DNA of 51,368 bases, counting the filler, from Streblomastix strix (Eukaryota), in NCBI GenBank assembly GCA_008636045.1. It is 2 parts of 2 records of this genome, joined end to end, with 100 filler letters (N's around TTAATTAATTAA, not from the genome) between each part and the next. Parts side by side here need not be neighbours in the genome. Positions count along the whole stretch, not along the records: positions 25,765 to 51,368 come from SNRW01000196.1; 1 more part is not named here. One strand, written 5' to 3'. This document shows, piece by piece, positions 38,486 to 51,368 of this stretch (position 1 is the first letter of the stretch; every line of letters begins with the position of its first letter). The translations under genes were made by a program, and so were the position numbers. The notes under the pieces were generated by a model that did not search any database, was not told where the DNA came from, and saw nothing but the letters and a program-made list of their open reading frames with translations.

Positions 38486-41219
38486 AACATTATATTATAT
38501 TATACCATAATTTACTTTATTTTAAACAATGAATTAAGAATAATTAAAACAAAATAAGTTTGATAAATAAGAATTAAAAAAATGAGGCAACAATGATTTG
38601 ATAATTTTAAATTAGAAATATTTCTTGTTGCACCCAAGATTATCTATGAAAATTCCTATATAAAATAGCATGAAGTGAATTTTTCTAACGATCCATGATG
38701 AAATTTCACTTTCAAAAGTTAAATCTTGCATCTTATGTTCGCATATTCAAATAAATATAAATAATTGTCAATTATATCTCAATATTTTTTATAAATCAAA
38801 TTATATTAATGAATTTTATTATATATTGATATTAGCCTGATTAATATATATTTTCAGATAAAAAAAAGTTAATTTGGAATTTGTTATTAATTTAAGAAAT
38901 ATTGATTAATTTTATGGTTCACACATCTAATTATTAAAATCGTAAAATATTTTATTAAAAATATTATAAGTAAATATAATAATTAAAACTACAAATGCTG
39001 CAAAACAGAAATGAAAAAAATAATTTATATACATTCATCAGAATATAATAAAGAAAATTGAAGTAATTATTAGAATAAATGAATAATCTTATCGACATAA
39101 AAATATAAAAGGAGCATATTTATTTAGTATTAAGTGAATTAAGAAGGAATCTTTTCTCAAAAAAATAGAAATGATATATTGAAGTAATAGATGTATTATT
39201 ATATGTAAAAATCAGTTATTCTGATAAAAATGTTAATTTAGATACAGTATAGTATTGTAAATAATATATATTTATATTTAAAGGCGCAAGAATCGAATTT
39301 TATGATTATAAGGCTTAAACATAGTAATAAATATAATGATCAGTTCGATACGAAATATGATAACCTTATAAATTAAAAAAAATAACTAAAAATTGAGATA
39401 GAAAAAATGCGTCCTTGAATAATCAACTTTTAATGCGTTTTTTTGATATAGCCGCGTACCCCAAAGAGGAGGTCATGCCTTGAATATTGTGGAGTTTAGA
39501 ATAGTTTATTTTGGTGTCTTACATCGATTTATCGTCGATATCAGACATGTCTCATATTTTTGTCAAAATATCACGGCGTTTTGTCAAGATATTATCCCTT
39601 GTCAAAACCTTACATTTTAATAATATAAAAGATTACTAATTTAATTAATTGTAAATAAATTAAAATATTATATTTAATATGCAAAAAATTAATTATTAAT
39701 ATTCAATGTTAGTACTAAAATCCTTGAAAATAAGAATTTCAATTTTTTTCAAATTTTTGGAAAAAACATTAGATTGTGAACCAACAAATATCTTTAATAA
39801 CTTAACCAACATATATTTCAAAAGTAGAATTTATAATATTTAAAAAATTTTAATATAAATTTTAAAATAAATAGAAATCAAAAGTGTAGTTCTGACTTCA
39901 CCGCTGGTTTTTGTTTCACCAATAACTCTATATTTTTCAACAATTTGAATATATTTGCCAGATTTAATTTGGATTGTAGAGTATTGTATGCGGATTGAAC
40001 TATCCAAATATTTTTGCGTATGATATTATTTTAATAAAATTTTAATAGAATTTAATCGGAAATATTTAATATTTTATTTTATTATTTCTATTATTCTGCA
40101 TATATGCAGTTATCGTCGATCTCTTAAAATATTGAATGTAATATTGATTCATTATAATTTATTTATTTTAACGATTTTAATATTTATTTTCAAATAAGTA
40201 TATAATTACTCATCGGTATAAGCTGGAATAATTGGATCAATAATTTATTTTTTAGCCATTCCAGGTTCTTTAGCTTCAGATAAACCTTTTTTAATAGGTT
40301 TATTTTAATTGAAACATAATAAATAAAGAAAATTAAGTTTAAATTATAACTATGTTTAAATTGTACATTTTGATTATACATATAAATAATGCGAACGAAA
40401 ATATGCATTTGGTTTAAATTAATGAATAGCATGACTGATAATGAATAATGTATTGGATTGATGAAGTACGTAAGTGAAGTTCATTATTGAATTGTATTCT
40501 TTGGATGTATGGCACTCTCCATATTTTCATAACAACATAGGAAAGTTAATTAGGAACGTTAATGGATTTGATTAATGAATTTGACTATTGGAAGTCTAAA
40601 ATTTAGTGAGGTTGATACGCTGAAATCAACAGCAGGCGGAGGTCTTACCGACTTGATGAATTCATTGTATTTTGAACATAAATGTATGAAATTGACACGA
40701 GAAATCGATATGGTTAATGATTGTCTATAAAATTATCAGGGTGCAAATAACTTGAGGGTATTTCTAACTCATTATAGAAAATAACTGTAAATATGTCAAT
40801 ATGCCAATTGATTGGATATATTAATACATTTCTAATGGCTAGAACTAAAAAATAAATCTATTTGCATTTCAAACGTTGAATGACTAAGGCTTGATTTATC
40901 CATTATAAATTCAATTTTTTCATCTCAATCCATCTCATCTTTTAACAATTCGAGCTAAGTATAATGTTTTTGTTTTAATTTGTAGCTCTATTAACAAATT
41001 GAATATTTTTATATCTTTTTTATGCTCACAATATGTTTTAATTCCAATCACAAAAAATAATTATTTCATATTGTAGTTTAAATTATGAAGCACTAGCATA
41101 TACAATACTTAATTTAAATTTATCAATATCTTTTAATTTTACATCTTTTATCTATGTTTTATTAGCTTTAATTTTATCACGTTTTGCATCTATCATAGGT
41201 AATTGTCACATATAGAACT

Positions 41220-42080
41220 CCTTCAAAACTTATTACATAAAGAAAATAAATAAATTATTATAAAAATTTTAACTTAATTATTACACAATTCTTAAAGATA
41301 TTTATTATCTCCTTTATAAATTAAACTACATTTTAAGACAACATTCCTAATTTGAATTTATAATTGCATTTAAGTTTGCTATTATTTTTGCTATTATTCC
41401 AGAGATTATTAATGCAGTGCAAATTTTAACAAAACTTAATAATAAAAATTCTTCTATTCTTCAGATAATGGTAATGATTGAGCAATTTATTCTAATTATT
41501 AATTCAATCCCAAAAGAAAATATATTTATTATGAGTTGAATAAATCAGATTATTATTAATCTTATTATTATATCTGATATTTATTAAGAACAGGTGTAGA
41601 CATTATAGATTTGGATTATTTCTATATTTGATTATCTTCTATTTATTCTTTTTATTTATCTACAAATTCTTTTGCATTCTTTTCCAACTATATTTAATTT
41701 TGAGTTTATTACGCTGTTTAGGAAGACGACTATTTCTCAACTTATTTCAGCTTAAATTCCTCATTTAGTTTCTATCTCAATGATTCCTACAATTTTTATT
41801 ATTACATCTATTCATCTTCAAATATATTAGGAGAAAGAAGCTATGTTATATTGAGTAATTGATCAAAAATAAGTGAGACAGGAGAAAATGCATGAGATAA
41901 TATTCTGGATATTGATCTAGCTTGAATCCGTTATTATGATTATTTAGATAGATAAAGTGCTTTAATTAGTGTCTTTATCATCATATTGGCCTACGACAAT
42001 GATATATACATTGACTGAGTTCCATAATTAATCTAATCATTTGCCTTCCTTTCTCCATGCTAACTCTATTTTTAACAAGT
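41220..42080 (-). pseudogene. Gln-rich host-type coding fragment of unknown function
   Basis: Long open code-6 frame (...QARSISRILSHAFSPVSLIFDQLLNITQLLSPNIFEDEQ...) with no clear start; boundaries approximate. Confidence 0.35.
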
Positions 42081-42331
42081 TTTATAAAGTTTTAAAACAT
42101 TCATTCATTTCGCAAACAATTTTTAAAGATTTGCACCAATAATAAAAATAAAAAAAGATTTAAAATTACATTTGTATTATTTATTAAAGTTTCAATGAAC
42201 TATTTACTTAATTAGGCATCGTGTAAAAAAAATAAGATGATCAATAACTTAAACAACGAGATAAAAACTCCTGAATAAATCAAGACTTGAGATTTAACAC
42301 CCATAAATTCATCATCCAATTTATGTTAATC

Positions 42332-43440
42332 TCACCAATCAATTATTTGTGCTTTAGGAATATTATCAACTACTGTGGGTTGTAGAAGAGTCTGCATTGA
42401 AATGATAGTTACAGCTGTTCCTTAATGTTGACGTTATACCTATTCAATAATGTGAAATTAAAAAATTGGAGTAATATTTATGAATTCATTCATTTTAATT
42501 CTATTTTTCTTCTATTATATATATACTATGAACTTAATGCAATCTGGAAGTCCAACAAATGAAATTGGCTGTTGTTTTTCTTCAGAAAGAAGTGCAATGT
42601 CCTTTTCTCTTTATCTTCATGCATGTTCACTTCTAAAGTCATCAAATTCCAATTTTTGTACTTATCATTGCCAGTTATGAATTAATCAACAGATTCTTCT
42701 GTGAGATGACTTATATTACCAATATAATAAGTGTTATAAAATTCTGAAGAAAAATTAGAAATAAAAAAAGTATTTAATTGATATTTAAATTTTTTCATAA
42801 ATTTCAACATTAATAAAATTATATAAATATTCGAATACTCTGATCCACAGTATCCAACGCTAACTGTACATTGAAAACAATGAAGAATATTCAAATAAGA
42901 TAAAATTATATTAAGTATTAAATTCATACATTCATCCTAACCAGGTAGGTACTAATCACCAAAGTCAAAGTTTGAATCAACTATACCAACCTCTGTAATT
43001 AAATTATTTTATTAATAAATAGTATATGATAATTATATATTCATACATCTGAAGCCCCTGTTCAAGTTTTGTAGGTCTTCAAACTTCAATTGAATCTGAA
43101 CTACTCCATCACCAGCAACAATTTCAGGATTAATAGCAACTGTATAATTCCTCATGGTTTTTAACTGAAATATGATATTAACAGAACATTTGACAAAATA
43201 AATATCATTTATAATAACTATTAATATATATGAATTTTTATTAATAAATTAAATTATTTATATTTACATTATTTTTTGTTTAAATACCTGAACAAGTTAA
43301 GTTAAATTTTCTCCTGGTATTCCTAATTATAAATTGATTTGTGATTATTAATAATAAATTTATAACTTTATAGTTTACCTTTGATTTCTTAAGAAACGGA
43401 AGGGAGTTTTATTTCAAATGTAACCGACTCGAGAACTGGA
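42332..43440 (-). pseudogene. Multi-exon SPRY/B30.2-like domain gene remnant with a frameshift
   Basis: Exons give NYTVAINPEIVAGDGVVQIQLKF, VGIVDSNFDFG, SVGYCG, LEVNMHEDKEKRTLHFF/EEKQQPISFVGLPDCIKF and ...IIDW*; GT-AG introns; 1-nt deletion near 42585. Confidence 0.5.
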
Positions 43441-43446
43441 TGTTAT

Positions 43447-43927
<481 letters not shown>

Positions 43928-44339
43928 AAAAAAAATTTTAAATTTCATTTTCTTCTAATAATCATTCTATCGTATTTTCTTTCTCATACAAATTTGTACA
44001 ATTTCAAATGGATCTTTTACTTCTTCATCAATATTCTCCCCACATTTTCTTTAATTTTCTTCAAATTCAAAATAAATTCCCTTATAATTTTGATAGCACT
44101 CATTTTCTTAAGTTGTTTCAATGATCTCAACATCGTTTTCTTTTATAATTGGAAAATTTTCCCTTATGCAAAGGAGGTGTGCTTTAAATAAAAAAAATAT
44201 AATTAAAAATTAATTATGGATTTTTTTTATAATTAAAATTTATAAAAATTATTTTATCCTATTTAATTGTTATACTCCTTAGACATTATTTCAATATGTT
44301 ATTAAAAAGTTGTCCCCTATAATAACTAAAATAAATAAA

Positions 44340-45280
44340 CATAAATACGCTAACAATCAATACATACTGATGAAAGGTTATAAATTATAACTATTATAAA
44401 GACTACAACGATCTTATTTTTATATAAAATTAGGGAGTTTGGAAATAGATATAGTCTTTTCTGTCGACAATGCATTGTAAGAAAATGATGATGAATATGA
44501 TGTTGATATCTTTGAATAAAATGAAATTAATTATAGAAAGAAAAGTAAGTTTTTATCTATTTTGCATAAATATTAATGCAAAACGTTTTGTTATAAATCC
44601 AATGATAGATAAAACAACCCAATATGTCGTTGGATAATTGCAAAAATTAATTAGAAATTATTATGTAAATATCATTCGTGGTTATGGTGAGAAAGTATTT
44701 AATGGTTTTTATTTTGATTTATTTTGATCTGAGAATAAAATTAATGGAAATTTCACAGATTCAAAATTCATTAATCATAATAAATTAGTCGATTCAGTTA
44801 TTTGTACTTTAAGGAATGAATTTTGTTATAAATTTAATTAATTTTCAATAAATTAATAAAAATAAATAATCATTTATATATGCAATGATACTGCTCATCT
44901 TGCATTTCAAGAAAAGTATAGTCAATATTAAGTTCAATTGTCTAGAGATTTGGAAGAAAAATAAATTCATTCTTAATTGAAGAAATTATAGGGAAAATTT
45001 GCAAGATAATAATAAGAGAATATATTATCATTTAAAGCGGGAAATATAATCTTATTTCATCTTAATTTCTAAAACATAATAAAAATTTATGAAATAAAGA
45101 AAAAATTTCAATTAATTAGCGGAGTTCATTAGATATATAAATGGTAATGTTTTATGCCGATTATTGAATCATTCTTATAGAATAAAAACAATCGAAATAC
45201 CTTCATATTATCCCAAATTTGTTCCTAGAAATAAGGAATCTATACTAGAATATTACGCAATAGAATTTTTATTTAGATGA
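44340..45280 (+). pseudogene. Decayed retroviral-type (rve, DDE) integrase
   Basis: LGSLEIDIVF ... YLFCININAKRFVINPMIDKT ... IIRGYGEKVF (second catalytic D apparently changed to Y) ... NHNKLVDSVICTLRN ... CNDTAHLAF; frameshifts and a TGA. Start approximate. Confidence 0.7.
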
Positions 45281-46199
45281 AATAAAAATGATAATTATAA
45301 TTATTTATTTTTAATTTCGTATTTTAATTGAAAAGACAGATAATTAAGCAATCAATTAATCAACACAAACTGAACAATAAATTGCTTTATGCAAACAAGG
45401 ATGTTCAATGAAATTCACAGATAAAGAATAGGAAATAATCTCTGATAGACAACAACGCAAAAATGCAAGAATTTGATACAAATAAAATTAAACAAATTTT
45501 GTTTCAAAAGTTAATGATATGCAACTATTTAATAATCAAAAAACTTAAAAAAATAATCGTGAATATTAATGATTTGATTACAAAAAATGAATTGATTAAA
45601 AAATACTATGAGATGCCAAATATATTTGATATCAGCGAACGAATCTAAGTTTGAAACATATGAGTTAAGTTTATTTTTAGTAAATCTGGCCATTTTTCCG
45701 TCTTGCCACAGCTTTTTATGAAAGTTTCTGATTCGGAACACTCTGAAAACTCAAAGGACATTCATTACCGACTTCATTTACGCTTGTCATTTCCGAAGAT
45801 TTTATTGATGTTTAAAGCCTTGGAGCACTCGAAATAACATATGCATACATAACTTAATTAAATTTTAAGTTCAAATTGCAACGATTTCACCAACAATTTT
45901 AGATTTCCATTAACCAATTACTTCATCTAAGCCATCAATCTTGCCATGTAATTATTTGAAAAAGATGAGTGCCATACATACAAAGATTATATTCATTATC
46001 ATACACCATTAATCATATACATATGTTTTCATTAATTATTCTGTATTCAGTTATGCCTTGACTTATCTTAAAGGCTTATTTTCTCTTATATCAATTAAAT
46101 ACAAATTATTTCTAATGTTATTTCAATATCATATTTTAATTCCATTATATATCCATCATTATTTTTAAAAATTTTTATTCATGGAGCATTCATATTCTT

Positions 46200-46420
46200 C
46201 TCATAACTACTTAGGTGATAATTCTTAACTAATATTTTCAACGCATTCTTAATTCATCCTGCAGATTTATTTCTTAATGGAAAAACAACATGATTTTTTA
46301 AATTAAAATTAATACAATGCAAATATATTTAATTAGTATGTTTCTTATAATCAAATTTAATTACAGGTACTTAATAAAGTTATGGAAAATCGTCAGCAAA
46401 TTTATTTTCATTTTTAACTT
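46200..46420 (-). pseudogene. Second integrase fragment (rve N-terminal part)
   Basis: YLHCINFNLKNHVVFPLRNKSAG*IKNALKILVKNY parallels YLFCININAK...P..DKT...LQKLIRNY of the first copy. Confidence 0.5.
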
Positions 46421-46673
46421 ATTTTGCTTCTACAAATAATTATTCAAGCCTTTTTTCAAGAAATATATTTTAATTTTAATCAAATGATAATGTTTATGTT
46501 TACATTTATGTCTTTATTGATGATGCAACAGCTGTTAAAATATGAATTTATTGTTATTATCCTTCGTATTCTTCAACTAACTTTATCTTCTATAAATTAA
46601 ATAAAATTTAGTTGGTTAATATTCATCTTACCGATAATGTATTAAAAGAAATTAATACGTTTTGTTTGATATA

Positions 46674-47518
46674 ATTCAACCATGATTGTTCAATACAAGA
46701 ATTTAATTGAGCAATAATGGAAATTAATTTTTCAATAATGGAAATTAATTTTTAAATACGGACGGATTTGGTTTTTAATAATTCGTAAGCTTTTTTACTA
46801 ATCTTCTCTCGCAAACTAAATTCGCGCTAATTTCAAAAAATATTTTAATATGAATGAAAAATTAAAATAATAAATTGAATAAATTTGCCGTAAAATATAT
46901 TTAAATGTAAATTATATTCCTTAATCTACAGAAAAAGGCGATTTTAAACGAAAATAAATTAAAAAAAGTTTATATAAATAACGGTAGCCAAACACAAAAT
47001 AAAAAGGTAAATTCATAAATAAAAAAATAAATCTATATAAATTATGATTTGGGGTGAAATATGTTGGGTAGATCGTTGGAACAGCATTATTTATTAAAAT
47101 TTCATCCAAATCCAATCTTTATCATTCCAATTTCGAACATATCTACAGATAAAAGTTGATTTATATTAATATAACCTTTTAAAAGTAGTTTATGACAGAC
47201 CTTGCAAAGCGCAAAGGTTGCCTGGATGGTCAAAACAAACTTCAGACTGGATTCTGAAAGATAAAAAAAAGTTGTGAAAATTGTTTGGACAGTTTGAAAT
47301 ATGCTTCTGATTATTTAATGTATATATTAAATAAATATAGGAATATTGATATTGAGTAATAATTAAATTTTATGCTAGTTATTTTTTCTTTTATTGAACA
47401 ATTAAATTCCTTTATTGAAAAATTAAATTTTATTATTGAAAAATTTAATTCCATTATTAAACAACTAATTTCCATTATTGCTCAATTAAATTCCTGTATT
47501 GAACAATCATGGTAGAAT
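46674..47518. repeat. Inverted repeats (~80 bp) built from 21-bp subunits; MITE-like or head-to-head element ends
   Basis: ACCATGATTGTTCAATACA(A/G)GAATTTAATTGAGCAATAATGGAAATTA at 46679 (+) and ending at 47513 (-), each followed inward by TTCAATAATGGAAATTAATTT-like units. Confidence 0.8.
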
Positions 47519-49299
47519 ATGGGCAAAAATGTTTAATAAATTTCTCAAATGCAGTATATTTAACGATTTTTCTACTTTTTTCATTCATTCATATGAATAT
47601 CTATTTTTCTTTTTGCATTTCGATTAATATCTTAAGTCAATTTTGAATAATTTTTACATAATTAATAAATTTTAATTCTAAATAGTTTAATTTGTAAGTT
47701 TCATAATTACTCTGAAAAAAGAATATAATTTATTACTTATTTCCTATTATTATGAATTTTAATCAGTTCTCCCATATTTTTTTTCCAGAAAAAAAGCAGA
47801 CTATAAGAGTAAATCATCATGGAATATATTGTAACCATCAATTCTTCGGTATCTATCATAATTCTTTCATGCATTTGTCATATAGTTGATCTAACATATT
47901 TTTTTATATTTATTTATTGATTCTTTATTGCAAAAATTAGTTGATGCATGCTTTTAAGTTTAATAATTATCTGGATGTTAAGTTTTATAAGAAATTTCAT
48001 ATTTAATTTTGAATCGGTATTATGTCAATAGAGTTTATTTGGATCCTCAGTACTCAGCATCCTGAATTAATTCATTTCGTTAAATCACTGTTCCAAAATC
48101 AATACTTCATTTAAATAAACTTCCAATTTCATGCTTATTTATTTTTTTGATAAATGTATCACAATCTTCTGGCAAATTATCAACATTATTATAAAATTCA
48201 ATAGGTATAGCATTATGATATTTTCTACGAGAATAATTTTTAAATTCTTCATTAAAATTTTCTCGATTATCTGTAATTACCTAAGATAATTAATCAAATC
48301 TTGCAGGATTTGTCTAAAAAATGAACTCTGGATTATCATAAGTAGAATCATCTAAATCCTAATCAAGATATAAACGATTCATTTCAAATATTTCTTCTCA
48401 ATTTTTATATGAATTTTTCTTTTTGCATACTTATTCCATCACTTACATTGAAAATTTCCGCTATAATCATTATTCAAGTTCTAGAAATTTTTTCATGGGT
48501 TATTTTTTTTACCGTTATTCAGCATATATTTTTGTTTTATATCAGGCAATTTAGCCTATGCTAACTTATGTTATTACTTTCTATTTGTTTGTTATTTCTT
48601 AATGAAATTCTTTAGTAAAGCTCTATCGAACAGATTCTTATTTATCTTTCCATATATATTAGATTTAAAAATTACTATATATTTTGCATTTTTTGTTTAT
48701 TTTTATTATATATTTTTAATTGATTTTCTAGCATATTATTTTTTATCTGGCAATTGAGAAAAATTAAAGAAAGCAAAATTATTAAATTTGAAGATGCTTG
48801 AAATGATATAAAAAGATGTTTTATAAAATTAGTTTAGTTGCTAATTTGAAACAGAGTAAGCTTCTTCGATGCAAGAAGAAATATATTCGTCATTATCCTC
48901 AACAATTGATTTTTCTTTAATTTCTATTCTTTAATTTAATAAAAATGATGATTTTAATTAAGCTATATCGAAAATAATATTATAAAAAATAAAAATCGTT
49001 GCAAAAAATTGCAAATAAATGATTTCTTAAAATTCGTCCGAAATAAAGAAGAAGAAAATGAAAAATTTATAATGAAAATTTATATTATTGAAAAATACTG
49101 CATATAATTTGGAAATATTTCAAGATAATATGCTTAAGAGAAATTAACATGAACTAGATTACAATAACGGAATAAAATATTTGATTTATTTAAAACATTT
49201 TAGTCAACAAGTTCTTATTTTAAAATTGATTAGTTAATATTTAGAAAGAATCCACTAAATATCGATAATTAATTTAAAATTGTTGAATTATTTATAAGT

Positions 49300-50150
49300 G
49301 ATAATATTTGTCACTAAATGATGTTGATATACAAATAATATAAGACTATCTTTATCTTACCAAATAAGTTATTACTGCAAAAAATGAAGAGATTTATTTA
49401 TATTTAATAAATTGGATATTATGAATAGTTCCAAATCTAGAAAAACATACAATGGTTGCTATAGTTCATAGAGAAATTTAATATTCATGTAGAAATACAT
49501 TTGTAAATGTTTAGCGGAGCTATTTAATGGATACTATTAACCCAATTTAATAGACTTTAAAGATTTAACAGGATATTTGACTTAAACTACAATTGAAGCA
49601 AATGTTTTTGCAGTATGTAATGATGTACAAATTTGTGATGATTAAGATATTCATACATCAAGAGTTATGAAATCAGTAATTACTGATGATAAAATGAAAG
49701 TTGGCGAAAATTATAAGCCAAAAGATTGAGTAAATAATCAAGTAAATCAAATTTTTTTTTCAAACCATGCAAACCTACATAAGTAGAATAATATGATAGA
49801 AGATATATAGCTTTACATGTTAATGATGTACTTTAAAATAACAAGGAGTTATTCAAGAGAATTCATAGGAATATAAATTAAAAGTTATATGATAACTTAA
49901 TGACATTGTTTTTTAAGAGAGGTTTATCAAATTTTAATTTAATAGAGAATCTTCCTATAATTGAAGCAAAATTAGAAAATTAATGTGCTTCAAGAACAGC
50001 ATTTTATTATTTTATAATGAATTGTGTACCCTAATTGCAGAAATTAATGATTTATTAAGATGCTTTCTAAAACTAACCAAGAGAAATGAAGTTGAAAAAC
50101 TTCAAAACATCACATAAATTCTACCGCAAGAGAAAGAAAATTACAAAATA
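49300..50150 (+). pseudogene. Heavily decayed second D5-like SF3 helicase
   Basis: Across frameshifts: EEIYLYLINWI, degenerate Walker A (...CRNTFVNV), AELFNGY, VFAVCND, MKSVITDD, IFFSNH, DRRYIAL, YDNLMT; colinear with the helicase at 37000-37650. Confidence 0.7.
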
Positions 50151-50713
50151 AGTTATAAGTGGATGATATTATTTTTCAAATCCTGTATATTTTGAAAATT
50201 TCTTAAGAATTAGAGGTAATCTTATTGATAATAATGAAAATTTATTAATAAATGAAAAAAAAGAAATTTTTTGAAAATGCTAGCTATTGGAACATTATAA
50301 AGTAAATCGGATATTAAGTTATCCAAAAAATTACGATATTTTAAATATTTTTATTTAATTTGTCTTTTTTTTATTTTTATATTTTATAAATTCATTTGTT
50401 TACTACTTTAAACAATTCTTTGATATCATTTAAGGATGAAGCATAAATAATTATTATCAAGGATTTTTTTCTTCGTAAATTACTGATAACCAAATAAACC
50501 CAGTTACTCACTTCTTGCGTTTTTCATAATTTCATACATGTCGGAGAATAAGTCTAAATATTGTTCTTTCCTAAAGTTTAAGAAATAACGGTATGATATT
50601 AATAACATATATGTATACTAATATGAATTATTCATAAATTATGTATTGTTGTAAACTGCGTCTATTCTATTAGATCTTATAAAATTTAATATTTAAAAAA
50701 GGCAAATTTAAAA

Positions 50714-51348
50714 AAATAAAAATCTAGATCAAAAGAACAGATTTTGATTTATATCAAATATTATTTTTATATATTATTAATATGATTGTCATACACTATA
50801 ACATACTATAAGGACATAATCCAAAAACGTGTTTTCAATTTTCATGATATTGAAAATGGATCACCACCTGTAATAAGGCGAGCTGACCTCTTTATTGCAC
50901 ATGGGCTCACTCAATTGGGCCCAGACCGTTCAAAAATGACGTGTTATTAATAAACAATAAACAAAATAACATATTGCAACTGTTTCAACATGAAACATTG
51001 CAATCCCTTTTTGGTTCCTTATTTTGTTTCTTTCAGTTTTTTGATGCGTTTCATCCTGATCCCACTGGGACACTGTTCGCATCCGGCTCAGCTCGTCTTA
51101 TTCTCATTATTTCCCCTTCTTCTCTTCGCTGGCCTCTGCATCCTCGCTTATTCCTCAAGGGAGGGCAACGCAGTTGCGAAGGGTGGGAGAGGTCAGCTCG
51201 CCTTATTACAGGTGGTGATCCATAACCCTCATTGCTTTCGGATTATGTCCTTATAGTATGTTATAGTGTATGACAATCATATTAATAATATATAAAAATA
51301 ATATTTGATATAAATCAAAATCTGTTCTTTTGATCTAGATTTTTATTT
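50714..51348. repeat. Bipartite perfect inverted repeat around a relatively GC-rich core
   Basis: 109-bp block 50714-50822 is the reverse complement of 51240-51348; 36-bp block 50856-50891 is the reverse complement of 51188-51223; the spacers between blocks differ (33 vs 16 nt). Confidence 0.9.
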
Positions 51349-51368
51349 AATTTGTCTTTTTTTTATTT

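Noticed and set aside
38915..39784. Weak inverted match TGGTTCACA(C)ATCTAAT between ~38915 and ~39780
   Set aside because: Only about 17 bp with an indel in very AT-rich DNA; insufficient to call an element.
46674..47518. CRISPR-like array from the 21-bp units
   Set aside because: Units are contiguous with no unique spacers, there are no cas genes, and the context is eukaryotic.
50941..51256. Two ORFs (94 and 88 aa) in the GC-rich core of the terminal inverted repeat
   Set aside because: No recognisable motifs and they run into the repeat arm; likely incidental.

Overview
Very AT-rich eukaryotic DNA read with a non-standard code (TAA/TAG = Gln, TGA = stop; translation table 6), so the supplied standard-code ORF track is almost entirely uninformative. 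The code, GT-AG introns, Gln-rich inflated proteins and expanded repeat families suggest an oxymonad such as Streblomastix strix (inference only). An artificial 100-bp linker (44 N + TTAATTAATTAA + 44 N, 25665-25764) splits the window. The left half has three host genes: a hugely expanded TRAPPC11-like gene (-), a CHID1-like GH18 gene (+) and a 5'-truncated DDB1/SF3B3/CPSF1-family beta-propeller gene (-). The right half opens with a compact, apparently intron-less ~12.7 kb endogenous dsDNA virus (Polinton-like virus type). It encodes an A32-like packaging ATPase, a putative ~648-aa major capsid protein, a Prim-Pol/SF3-helicase fusion, two phage-like fibre proteins, a 2-TM protein and a 68-aa peptide resembling the membrane-lytic helix of adenovirus protein VI. 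It uses the host code and is lightly decayed. Downstream lie host gene fragments, an (AAT)n microsatellite, relics of older element(s) (two rve-type integrases and a second SF3 helicase) and two inverted-repeat structures. All protein assignments come from manual translation and motif recognition, not database searches.
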